Part shown: one piece after another, positions 45,079-54,194 of the stretch
Position numbering within the stretch: position 1 is the stretch's first letter
How the letters are laid out: every line of letters begins with the position of its first letter
Source: an uncultured virus (IMG/VR IMGVR_UViG_3300020057_000339)
Taxonomy: Duplodnaviria; Heunggongvirae; Uroviricota; Caudoviricetes
Virus record (IMG/VR): IMGVR_UViG_3300020057_000339
DNA length: 64,000 nt
Strand: one strand, 5' to 3'
Translations under genes and position numbers: made by a program
The notes under the pieces: model-generated
Told to the model about the DNA's origin: nothing
Seen by the model: the letters and a program-made list of their open reading frames with translations, nothing else
Database searches by the model: none

Positions 45079-46359
45079 TTATACACGAATAAATTTCACA
45101 TTGGCCTGAAACGACTGAATGTCTTTTCCGCCAGCATATGTAACGCCACTTCGTAATGCTCCCTGATATCGTTCAATTAATTTTTCAACTGACTCTCCAA
45201 TATCAAGATATCGAACACTGCCCTCGGGACATGTACCGGCTTTCATACCACGCCATTTGTCCTGTACGTAACGACTGGCCATACCGGCATATACTTTTTT
45301 GGCCACACCATCAACATGCACAATTTCTGCTGCTGATTCTGGACAACGAGCAAAAATAGACCCGGCCATCACAGCGTTCGCACCAGCAGCAATTGCCTTA
45401 GTGTAATCAGCGGGTTCTCGAATACCACCATCACTGATCATTGGCATGCCAAAATCACGACATATAGCGGTCATTTTAGCAATAGCAGAAAATTGTTTCT
45501 CTGTACAACCAGCAGTATTTTTTGTTTCACATGCCAAGCCTTGTGCAATACCTAATTTTATACCATCAACATAATCATTAAAATATGGTATAGCTTCTGG
45601 ACAAACAAAATTGCCAACAATAATTTTTGTTGTTGGACTAAATACTTTGATGGCCTTAGCGGTGTCTAGCACGCCAGAACTAAAACCATGTGCAATATCA
45701 ATAACTACTATAGTTGCACCTGCACGAATTAATTTTTTTGCCAATTGCACTTGAACGTCTCCGACGCCAACCGAAACGGCAATATGCTCTAAGTAACTAG
45801 CCATGGATTTTGCAGATTGTATAAGTATATCATCGGGTGCGGCACGATGCATAATGCCCATAGCACCATATTTACTAAGTAAAATACAAAAATCAGCATT
45901 AACAACAGTAGACATGTTTGAGGCGACCAAAGGCACATTAAGCCAAACGCCACGACAAATCTCGCTTTTTGTATCTACATCAAGTCTAGATTGACATTGA
46001 TTAAATGACTGTTGAATTGCTATATCTTCAAAACCTAATGAGCGTGGCATCAAATCAGATCGTAATCTATATTGTCCAGACGAGCGATCAAAGAAAATAA
46101 AACCGCTTTTTACAGCCTGCATAGCTACGGACTCTAATTGTTTATGTAATTCACTATGGTCAACGTCTGATGCACACAAATGTAAATTATGGGCGAGATT
46201 ATTTAATTTGTCTCCATCAATATAATGAACTTGTTCAACATTGGTCAATGGGCGTTGCAATACTTGCTCCATCACAACTCTATGTTGTCTGCGATATTCT
46301 ATACCGTCATGCACTAAAATATAACCGTGTTCATCGAATGAATAACCCTTACGAATCAT
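45079..46359 (-). CDS. IMPDH/GMP reductase-family protein with N-terminal HNH-like domain
   Basis: QHRVVME..VHYIDGDKLNN, then LGFEDI, PLVASNMSTV, DIAHG, SDGGI, KAIAAGA..VMAGS, YAGMAS, PEG. Confidence 0.85.
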   Translation of the reverse strand: MIRKGYSFDEHGYILVHDGIEYRRQHRVVMEQVLQRPLTNVEQVHYIDGDKLNNLAHNLHLCASDVDHSELHKQLESVAMQAVKSGFIFFDRSSGQYRLRSDLMPRSLGFEDIAIQQSFNQCQSRLDVDTKSEICRGVWLNVPLVASNMSTVVNADFCILLSKYGAMGIMHRAAPDDILIQSAKSMASYLEHIAVSVGVGDVQVQLAKKLIRAGATIVVIDIAHGFSSGVLDTAKAIKVFSPTTKIIVGNFVCPEAIPYFNDYVDGIKLGIAQGLACETKNTAGCTEKQFSAIAKMTAICRDFGMPMISDGGIREPADYTKAIAAGANAVMAGSIFARCPESAAEIVHVDGVAKKVYAGMASRYVQDKWRGMKAGTCPEGSVRYLDIGESVEKLIERYQGALRSGVTYAGGKDIQSFQANVKFIRV

Positions 46360-46425
46360 TTAAGCCTTCCTTTTCTTTCTGATAAATTCTCTGTCGTCAA
46401 GACGACATGAGGATCACACACTTTT

Positions 46426-47094
46426 CTAGCCATGTAAAGCTCTGAGTTGTGCCGGGTCAATATTATCATTCTCATCATATGTGGCACCAATAAAATATCC
46501 AGGCGTCATTGGAGTAGGAAATGGAACACCCGGCCAAATATTGGTATGAAAGTCAGCATGATTCAAAGTGTCGTGCTTAACAATAGGCCAGACAATTTCC
46601 TTTAGAAAATCTTGATCAATCTGCCATCGAGATTCACGAGCCTGAGCCCATTCAATAGCGTGTCGAGACAGCTCAGAAAACAGTCCTTTTTTAATTCCAA
46701 ACATTCCACCAAGTATCGGCACCGAATGATGAAAGTGACAGTGCATAGTATGAAATGATTTGTCACTAGCCAACCACTCGTTAACTGCAAGCTTTTCTCG
46801 CAAAGAAAGACGAGAGTCGCAATCACGACTAATCATGACTTCTACATCATTTTCACCGATAGGGCTAAAGCGATACAACATCATACGCCAATCACCCGGC
46901 TCATCCACGCAAACAACCTCAACATTATCTCTAGGGATAAGCAATTGCTTAATAGTGTCGCTCGGTACTGACTGACCAACATAAAAACGACAGGTCCAGT
47001 CTGGAAATAGTGTACGTGCGAGTTCAATATTTTTCATTGCACCAACAAGATATTTTGGATCATTCCCCCAAAGACAGAATGATATGACTTTCAT
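46426..47094 (-). CDS. Putative glycosyltransferase-like protein
   Basis: ISFCLWG..PKY..G, SRDCDSR, ILGGMFG, DQDFL: pattern recalled from glycan clusters. Confidence 0.65.
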   Translation of the reverse strand: MKVISFCLWGNDPKYLVGAMKNIELARTLFPDWTCRFYVGQSVPSDTIKQLLIPRDNVEVVCVDEPGDWRMMLYRFSPIGENDVEVMISRDCDSRLSLREKLAVNEWLASDKSFHTMHCHFHHSVPILGGMFGIKKGLFSELSRHAIEWAQARESRWQIDQDFLKEIVWPIVKHDTLNHADFHTNIWPGVPFPTPMTPGYFIGATYDENDNIDPAQLRALHG

Positions 47095-48245
47095 TTGTTT
47101 GCCAATGTCCAATCGTAGATTTGCATCAACTGTCCTGTCACGGTACTTGCTTCAAAGTGTCGCATAGCACGGCGACGGGCTTCGCGACCGAAGTGCTGTC
47201 GTAGACGAATAGTAGACCTCTCGTCTTCCGTCGCGAGTTCAGGATTGGCAATAAGCTGCATTAGTACGTCACGATAAGCTTCGTGATTGCCAACAGGAAC
47301 AACAAAGCCACTTTCAGCAAGGATCTCAGACTGACCGTTATAGATCATACTCTCGTGTGACACCACCGGCAGACCATGCATCATGGCTTCCTGGATGTTG
47401 CACGGACAGCACTCTCCATCATGACGAGCGTGAGCGTAAATGTCAAGTCCCATATAGAATTTTGACAGTTCATCGTCTTTGACGATAGGGCTTGAAAAGC
47501 AAACGTTCTTAATGCCTAGCTGACGCACCGTATCGTGCCAACCCTGACAAGGATTTACAACAATGTAGTAGGCGTTCGAATAGACATCTTCAATAGCCTT
47601 AAACGCTCTTAGAGAGATAGGATCAAAGTTGTCTGCTCGACCTACACGTCCAAGTATAACTGCATTATGAGGTAGCTTGAAAGTTGAAAGAAGGTGTTCG
47701 CGACATACTTCCTTGTTCTCTGTCGTAACGTCGAGTACCGGCACTTCAATCGGGTTGTATAATACCGGACCATCGACGCTACCGGCACCCAAGGCGGTGC
47801 TGCGAATGTACTGGGAGATATAGACGTTAACGTCGATCTGCGGTTCAGGTGCATTATCTTTAAAGCCGAAGATGTTAGTCTCTATCCACTTCGCCTTGGG
47901 TGCCATGTAGCGAAAGGCTGGCCATTCCGTGTAGCCGCTGCGATGGACGTGCATAATCTGTGGGTCGATCTGCTTTAAAACGTCGTAGAGGTTGTCCGAC
48001 TCTGGCAGGTAGGGGGCTTGCCGACCCTTCTTTCCAGGGGTCCATTGGTATGGAATTACGTGGTCATCGCCTAGCCATTGTTTCACAATAGCTAGACGAT
48101 TGTTCGCCAGATCGCCCTCGCGATAGACGATAAACGGTTCGTACTTCTCGCTCTTGGCGAGGTACTTGCAAAATAACTGACAAGTTCTGTCCGTGCCAGA
48201 AAATCCGACAGTTTTCGCGTGATGTACAACTCTAATCTTTTCCAT
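47091..48245 (-). CDS. Glycosyltransferase family 4 (GT-B)
   Basis: GRVGRAD, DIYAHAR.DGE..NIQEAMMHGLPVV. Confidence 0.85.
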   Translation of the reverse strand: MEKIRVVHHAKTVGFSGTDRTCQLFCKYLAKSEKYEPFIVYREGDLANNRLAIVKQWLGDDHVIPYQWTPGKKGRQAPYLPESDNLYDVLKQIDPQIMHVHRSGYTEWPAFRYMAPKAKWIETNIFGFKDNAPEPQIDVNVYISQYIRSTALGAGSVDGPVLYNPIEVPVLDVTTENKEVCREHLLSTFKLPHNAVILGRVGRADNFDPISLRAFKAIEDVYSNAYYIVVNPCQGWHDTVRQLGIKNVCFSSPIVKDDELSKFYMGLDIYAHARHDGECCPCNIQEAMMHGLPVVSHESMIYNGQSEILAESGFVVPVGNHEAYRDVLMQLIANPELATEDERSTIRLRQHFGREARRRAMRHFEASTVTGQLMQIYDWTLANK

Positions 48246-48708
48246 GACCTTGATATCCTTGAAACTTGCGGCGTCTATCGCGAGCACAGAGTTTACAATA
48301 ACGTCTATTGCGTCCATCTATGCCTGTATTTTCTAACGTAAATTCATGACCATGACTACAATGTGTTTTCCTCAAGTTGACAGCATGAAGACTGTTGCCA
48401 CGCATGACATTTCCTACTCGCGTTACAAGCTCCATATGATCTGGATTGACACAAGAACGCATTCGACATAGATGATCTACACATAAGTTATTAGAAATAA
48501 TACCCCTATGATATTCGTAGCTTAATCTGTGTGCGAGCACAAAACTCTGTCGAATGCCAACTGTGCCATATCCAAGCCTGTTAATATATCCCGTATAGAG
48601 CCAACACTCTGTTTCGTATTTGCCGTCTTCGCCAAATACTCCGCTACACTTATTGATTCTATTCAATAAGCGTGTTATGGGATTAGTTGCAGGACGACCA
48701 GTTCTCAT
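48232..48708 (-). CDS. HNH endonuclease
   Basis: CWLYTG..GYG, LAHRLSYE, DHLCRMRSCVNPDHME, THCSHGHEF. Confidence 0.9.
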   Translation of the reverse strand: MRTGRPATNPITRLLNRINKCSGVFGEDGKYETECWLYTGYINRLGYGTVGIRQSFVLAHRLSYEYHRGIISNNLCVDHLCRMRSCVNPDHMELVTRVGNVMRGNSLHAVNLRKTHCSHGHEFTLENTGIDGRNRRYCKLCARDRRRKFQGYQGHGKD

Positions 48709-48713
48709 ACGGA

Positions 48714-48887
48714 TTACAGATATTTCTTCACGATCTTCAAAAGTGTCTTTTGATTTTCTTTTGCCATTTCAGGCTCCTCCATACAATCCTCTTCAAACAT
48801 GCCCTTCCAAATGTCGTAATCTACTTCTTGAACAAGTTCGCTAATCATTTTCATGATTTGCTTATCTGTCATTGTTTTCTTGTTCAT
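48714..48887 (-). CDS. Small hypothetical protein
   Basis: MNKKTMTDK start overlapping the upstream stop. Confidence 0.5.
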   Translation of the reverse strand: MNKKTMTDKQIMKMISELVQEVDYDIWKGMFEEDCMEEPEMAKENQKTLLKIVKKYL

Positions 48888-49258
48888 AGTGATGCACAGC
48901 CGGAAGCTGCCATTGAAGAGTAGCCTGAGTTGCCGAACAAGAAGCCTCGCGTCCACGTCCAATTGTCTTGGATGTATTGCGAATACTCCTGCTCGTCAAG
49001 CTCTAGCTCCAGATCGAGACACTGATCCACCATCAAGATGGTGCGATCGTATTCCTTCAAGTGATTTTGTGGCACTGACAACGAAATGCTAGTGTGCTCT
49101 AGCGGATTTGCCGTCACCTTCGCAAGACGCTCCGTCAGTAGTTCAATGGCCTTCTTTTGATAGCCAATCACTGACTCGTTGTAGATCTCTTCGTGCTTCT
49201 TGCGGTTCTCGCGGAGGCGGGCAAGGATGAACAACTTGTCGAATCGTAGACTCTTCAT
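48884..49258 (-). CDS. Hypothetical phage protein
   Basis: Coupled ORF; PQNHLKEYDR..IQDNWTW. Confidence 0.65.
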   Translation of the reverse strand: MKSLRFDKLFILARLRENRKKHEEIYNESVIGYQKKAIELLTERLAKVTANPLEHTSISLSVPQNHLKEYDRTILMVDQCLDLELELDEQEYSQYIQDNWTWTRGFLFGNSGYSSMAASGCASL

Positions 49259-50340
49259 GATACTATCTCTCTGTAAATGGTTTCGAGTTTGTGCATACAG
49301 ACGCCAACCTCGTATTCTGCTTGGGCCTTACGTCTACCTAGTTCACCCATGATGTTGCGAGAACGCTCATCGTCGATCAGGGCCTTCAAGGCTTCCGCAT
49401 ATTCGCCAGGAGTGTTGTTCACAACAAAGCCGGTACGGCCATTGTCTACAAGCTCCGTCTGTGACTGGAACACGCCCATACCCGGCACACTTGGGGTGGC
49501 GATATGTGTGATAACTGGTTTGCCATGGATCATGGCCTCAGCAATGTTCACGCCAAAGGTCTCGCCATCCGCTCTGGCATGCGTGTAAATGTCCACGCTG
49601 TTATAGAATGTGCTTAGAACCAAGGGACTTGTTGTTGGTTCGATGACGTAGAACGGGATCTCATGGCGTGCTAGATCGTCGATCATGTTGGACGGCGGAG
49701 CAACCACCAAGAACCTAACGTCGTGTCCCACCATACGTAGTAGGCGAACAGCATCAACACTCACTGCGTTGTAGATGCCGTTGTCTGGACGACCACAGCG
49801 ACCCACAACAATCGCCCCCTCGGCCTTCCAACGCTGACTAATTGCCAGCACGTCGCCCGTACACGGCATCTCAACAGGGTTGTTCACGAAGTCAAAGCGG
49901 TCTGGCTTGACACCAAGCTGCTTGATGGTGTTCTGCATGAGCCATTTGCTCATGAACAGTGACTTGTTAATCTTTGGATTACCGTCGTAGAAGCCAAACA
50001 CGTTAGTCTCTACGAAGCGTGGCACCTGGATGTGGTGTCCAGGACTCGGAAACTCGTGATAGCCGCTACGGTAGACATGGAAGATGTCAGGCTTGAAATC
50101 GTCGATGACAGCCTGCAACTCGTTTGCGTTGCTGTGTCCGTGCGTGTCTACGCTGTACAACTTGCCACCACAAACCATGGCGGACTTCTGAAACTCTTCT
50201 CGACGAGGATGAGTGCCACCAGTGTCGTATACTACGGCTACTTCAAAATGCTTCGGGTCAGCGTGTTCAAAGAACAACTGACACGTCTTCTCAGTTCCGC
50301 CCAACCCAAGGTGACGCAGATAGTGAAGAACTTTGATCAT
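49255..50340 (-). CDS. Glycosyltransferase family 4 (GT-B), paralog of 47091
   Basis: GGTEK, GRCGRPD, DGETFGVNIAEAMIHGKPVI. Confidence 0.88.
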   Translation of the reverse strand: MIKVLHYLRHLGLGGTEKTCQLFFEHADPKHFEVAVVYDTGGTHPRREEFQKSAMVCGGKLYSVDTHGHSNANELQAVIDDFKPDIFHVYRSGYHEFPSPGHHIQVPRFVETNVFGFYDGNPKINKSLFMSKWLMQNTIKQLGVKPDRFDFVNNPVEMPCTGDVLAISQRWKAEGAIVVGRCGRPDNGIYNAVSVDAVRLLRMVGHDVRFLVVAPPSNMIDDLARHEIPFYVIEPTTSPLVLSTFYNSVDIYTHARADGETFGVNIAEAMIHGKPVITHIATPSVPGMGVFQSQTELVDNGRTGFVVNNTPGEYAEALKALIDDERSRNIMGELGRRKAQAEYEVGVCMHKLETIYREIVS

Positions 50341-50705
50341 TGTGCTCGTTCAAAATACTCTTTCCGCTTGTCAAACGGAAGGGCGTTAAATACTTCGACA
50401 GGGTTGTGACATATAAGACTGTCCTCTAAGAAGAGCGAGTAAGCCTTTTCATGCTTCAAGGCGTCGCGTACAAGACTCATCTTCGCAAGGTCATGCTCTA
50501 GAGCAACGATACGTTGCTTCGCGGCATGGGATTGTGATGCTACCCAACTGCCAATATACGTAGGTAGCTCAAGTCTATTGATTTCACTTTGAAGCTTGAA
50601 TACTTCGCCACATTTATCTCGAAAAAGTTGAAATGTTTCACGCTCTCTGCGATAGAGCTTGGAAGCAAATACCTGATACCACAATTTCTTAAAAATCATA
50701 ATCAT
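50337..50705 (-). CDS. Hypothetical protein
   Basis: ORF coupled to the downstream gene. Confidence 0.55.
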   Translation of the reverse strand: MIMIFKKLWYQVFASKLYRRERETFQLFRDKCGEVFKLQSEINRLELPTYIGSWVASQSHAAKQRIVALEHDLAKMSLVRDALKHEKAYSLFLEDSLICHNPVEVFNALPFDKRKEYFERAQ

Positions 50706-50732
50706 CCTCTAGTCTTACGACATCACTCAGTT

Positions 50733-50883
50733 TCGATCGCGTGCTTCAAGTGTCCATTGAAATTATGACCGCTTCCATTTCTTGCCAGCTTGCATAGTGG
50801 CAATCCATTCGTCACGCGGTGGGGGGCTCTTGAAGTCTTCGAACTCGATCGCGTGCTTCAAGTGTCCCCTGAAATTATGACCG
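50733..50883. repeat. 39-bp direct repeat (50733-50771 and 50845-50883)
   Basis: TCGATCGCGTGCTTCAAGTGTCC(AT/CC)TGAAATTATGACCG occurs twice with 2 mismatches. Confidence 0.85.
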
Positions 50884-51605
50884 AAGAACTCGGAAATGGC
50901 CGAGTAAGTCTCGTAATTGTTCGCAGACTTGTTGCTGTTCTCGATCGAACCGGGTCTTTGAGTGTAAATCGTGAGCACCTGGGGGATCACATGACCGTGA
51001 TAGCCCAGGGACATGAAATACAGCCATAGCCAGTAATCAAACGCTGATCGGTATTGTTCGGAACGAGCGAACATTAAGTCCCAGTCTAGCGACTTCTTGA
51101 AGGCCGGATCATTCCGCCAACACACTTGAGGGCCTGCCCAACACTCACGACTCATTAGTTCAAAGTCGAAGGGCGGCTTAATGCCACCGCCAAGTGAAAC
51201 GCCATGATCGTCGATGACATGAATGCCAGCATATCCGAAACCAATCTTGCGACCGGCGTGCATGCCGCTGGTCGCAAAGCTCATGTGCTTATGAAACTCA
51301 GCAGTAGTAGTCGGTGCGTGGTAATCGTCTGCGTTGCTATTGATCACGAAATCGCCAGTGGCACTCTGCCAAGCTCTTAGCCACGACGTACCGTACCATT
51401 CTCGTGTTGGCCAATAAAGATACTTGACTCGCAAGTCAAACTCGGCCCACTTCCTACCAATGATGTCATCGGTGCCAGGAGAAGCGGGATTCATAACAAC
51501 GATCTCGAAGTCGGGATCAGTTTGCTTTTCAAGCAAGTCGGCAATATGCCGGTCAAGATAGTGGCCAGCATCATAGGTCGAGACAAGATACGATAGCTTA
51601 GGCAC
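50763..51605 (-). CDS. Glycosyltransferase family 2
   Basis: SYLVSTY, QTDPDFEIVV, NSNADD, DYWLWL. Confidence 0.8.
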   Translation of the reverse strand: MPKLSYLVSTYDAGHYLDRHIADLLEKQTDPDFEIVVMNPASPGTDDIIGRKWAEFDLRVKYLYWPTREWYGTSWLRAWQSATGDFVINSNADDYHAPTTTAEFHKHMSFATSGMHAGRKIGFGYAGIHVIDDHGVSLGGGIKPPFDFELMSRECWAGPQVCWRNDPAFKKSLDWDLMFARSEQYRSAFDYWLWLYFMSLGYHGHVIPQVLTIYTQRPGSIENSNKSANNYETYSAISEFFGHNFRGHLKHAIEFEDFKSPPPRDEWIATMQAGKKWKRS

Positions 51606-51635
51606 GTAAACGCCTTTCTGAATTGCGTTTAAGTC

Positions 51636-52643
51636 TCATACGTCTAATTGATTGTGAAAGAATGGAACGGGCGGTTGTGCTTGGCCCGTTTGATTAAGCC
51701 ACATAGTTCCAAATTGTTCTCCAGCAAGAACTTTGGCGTAGAATGGATCTTCACGCCAATGCATTGTGTCGCTTTTACGATCAGTCCAAGCGTGCCACAT
51801 TGAATGGGTTTCCATCACGCTAGGATGTTTGCCATCAAAGTACAAAATCGGCTCAGTATTAGCGAACCAATCCTTGACTTTTTGATCGAACTTCTTGTTG
51901 GCTGCTCCGTGAGCGACCAATTCCTTACCATAGTATTCCTGCTTAGCAGTCATGATCTCGTCCATATTACTACGTGCATACCCATAATGATAGATGAAGA
52001 AATCATTCAAATTATAGCGGCGATGCCAGTACTGTGGATTGAAATAAGTATCGTTGCCAGCGGGGTCACATACTGTTGGGTGGCCAATATACTTCATGCC
52101 ACGTACATACTTAAATATTCTTTGATGTAATGGATTCCATTCGGGTCCAGGTTTGGCAATATGATGAAAGTCACGATAAAAATGCAAAAACGCCGGAATC
52201 CACTCTTGTACATGTGGATTCAATTCGATCGCACGACGGAGCCGAATGATGTCTTCTGGACGATAGATTTCGTCAGCATCATTAATCAAAATCCAATCAC
52301 CAGGAATGGACATATCCAAGAACGTCTGCTTCATCTCTTCCAAGTTTTTCCAATGCTTGTTGATAGAGATGATAACAACCTTTTTCTTGGGGTCGTGATT
52401 CGCTTTGAAATCCGCTAGGATTTCACGGGTCTTGTCGATCGAATGCCCATCGGGCGTCGATCGAGGGTTGTTTGCGACCGCCCCTTCGATAACTAGGATG
52501 CGGTCTACCTGATCATAGATCGAACGCAGAACCAAGGGGGCAAACTCTTCTTCGTTCAGCATCTGAATACACTGTACCAATCGCGGCTTGCGATTCACTC
52601 GCTCCGCAATCGACTTCATTTGCGGTTCATAAAACTGATTCAT
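51636..52643 (-). CDS. Glycosyltransferase family 2-like
   Basis: NEEEF, SIDKT, WILINDADE, IYHYGY. Confidence 0.8.
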   Translation of the reverse strand: MNQFYEPQMKSIAERVNRKPRLVQCIQMLNEEEFAPLVLRSIYDQVDRILVIEGAVANNPRSTPDGHSIDKTREILADFKANHDPKKKVVIISINKHWKNLEEMKQTFLDMSIPGDWILINDADEIYRPEDIIRLRRAIELNPHVQEWIPAFLHFYRDFHHIAKPGPEWNPLHQRIFKYVRGMKYIGHPTVCDPAGNDTYFNPQYWHRRYNLNDFFIYHYGYARSNMDEIMTAKQEYYGKELVAHGAANKKFDQKVKDWFANTEPILYFDGKHPSVMETHSMWHAWTDRKSDTMHWREDPFYAKVLAGEQFGTMWLNQTGQAQPPVPFFHNQLDV

Positions 52644-52984
52644 TCTACATCATCCTCTTTACCTAGCTTACGTCCTGCTTCACTCTGCTTATTACTAACG
52701 CGACCGCCAATCATTTCATTATAGTCTGCCTCGCTAGGAATACCCGGCGGACGCACACCTTTCTTGGCACCCGGTCTGAACTGCCAAAGTGGACAAATCT
52801 TAGATGTACAGGCAACTACATCAGCACGGCAGCCACCCATGCAAGACAAACAAAACAACTGAATGGCGGCGGTACGACTACGTTGATAATCCGCCTTAAG
52901 ACCGCGTTTCGGATGCGAAACACGCATCTCGTTTTCAAGACGATTTGTTAAATTATACTTAGCTATTCTCTTGGACGATTTCAT
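52640..52984 (-). CDS. Small Cys-rich phage protein
   Basis: AIQLFCLSCMGG...V..C....CPLW.FR. Confidence 0.65.
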   Translation of the reverse strand: MKSSKRIAKYNLTNRLENEMRVSHPKRGLKADYQRSRTAAIQLFCLSCMGGCRADVVACTSKICPLWQFRPGAKKGVRPPGIPSEADYNEMIGGRVSNKQSEAGRKLGKEDDVE

Positions 52985-54194
52985 TGAATCTCACGGCTCC
53001 TGTTTGTTTCCACATATCGAGCATCGTATGAATTGGTTTCGTAATTATAGACGAAATACGTCTGTAGTCATGCTTCCGTCCAACAAGCTTGGCGTTCTCA
53101 CGCCGCGTCAAAACAGACCTCCATTGTTCTTTATTGGAATCGTCAAGCACTCCTGCTTTGTCTCCATTGCGAAGGAAATGAAAGTTACGCATAGCCATGG
53201 CCATTTCTGGAACACATGGCTCGAAACACTGTTCGACACCAGTGTAAAGTCCTGGATCACTATGAGGCGTATCAAAGAAGTATGTTGGCATACCACCATA
53301 TACGAGAGCATTATCACGAGTCACGAAATCCGCCATACCACCAGCGGCATTTGTGATTACTGTCTTGCCATATCCAAGAGCATCAAAAACGGGGATACCC
53401 CATCCTTCGGCACGAGAAGAACAAACGTAAGCGTCACCACGAGCATGAAGACTATGAATCTCGTCATCGCTCATTGTGAACACTAACGGCAACACGGGCG
53501 GAAAACGATCAGCAGGAATGCGGCAACGTTGACGAATATTCTGAATGTACTGCTTAACTTGCTCTTGCTCATTATTCCGTCCAGACATCTGAATGTACGT
53601 TTTAAGAACAAGCAAAACTTCGTCTGGACGGTCCCAGAAGGCCGCATTATAAGCACGTAACAGGGCATCAATCCCCTTCTTGTTACTCAACTGACAGATG
53701 TTGTAGAACACCGTGCGGTCGCCAGCGTGCTCAAGAATATACGGCTCGTACTGCTTGGCGTATACATCTTCGTCACATGGAAGACCGCACACAACAATAG
53801 GCTTAACCACGCCAGAGTTAAACATCGCTTCTGCGTTAGATTTAGATGGCACCATCAAGAAGTCAAACTCATTGGCCTTGGCCGCCCAAGACAACTGCAT
53901 ATGACTGCTTTCTAAGAACGTATACAATCCATTCAGGATGCCAGGAATTGGTACAGCCTCGACATTACACGTTGTCATCTGAATAGCTACATCAACACCT
54001 TGCAAGTCACGTTGCAAAGCATCGGTCAGCCAAGACTCAGCCACGAATTTTTGACCAGGATCTAGCTGATCATATTTGAGTGCTCGTGCCGTCACAACCA
54101 TACTATCGTCTTGTAAGAGTGTACGCAGAAAGATACGTGAGGCGGTTGCGAATCCACTAAAATCCAATAGCGGGCCAGTGAATAGTAATTTCAT
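52959..54194 (-). CDS. Glycosyltransferase family 4 (GT-B)
   Basis: SGFATAS, KKGIDALL, SRAEGWGIPVFDALGYG. Confidence 0.87.
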   Translation of the reverse strand: MKLLFTGPLLDFSGFATASRIFLRTLLQDDSMVVTARALKYDQLDPGQKFVAESWLTDALQRDLQGVDVAIQMTTCNVEAVPIPGILNGLYTFLESSHMQLSWAAKANEFDFLMVPSKSNAEAMFNSGVVKPIVVCGLPCDEDVYAKQYEPYILEHAGDRTVFYNICQLSNKKGIDALLRAYNAAFWDRPDEVLLVLKTYIQMSGRNNEQEQVKQYIQNIRQRCRIPADRFPPVLPLVFTMSDDEIHSLHARGDAYVCSSRAEGWGIPVFDALGYGKTVITNAAGGMADFVTRDNALVYGGMPTYFFDTPHSDPGLYTGVEQCFEPCVPEMAMAMRNFHFLRNGDKAGVLDDSNKEQWRSVLTRRENAKLVGRKHDYRRISSIITKPIHTMLDMWKQTGAVRFNEIVQENS

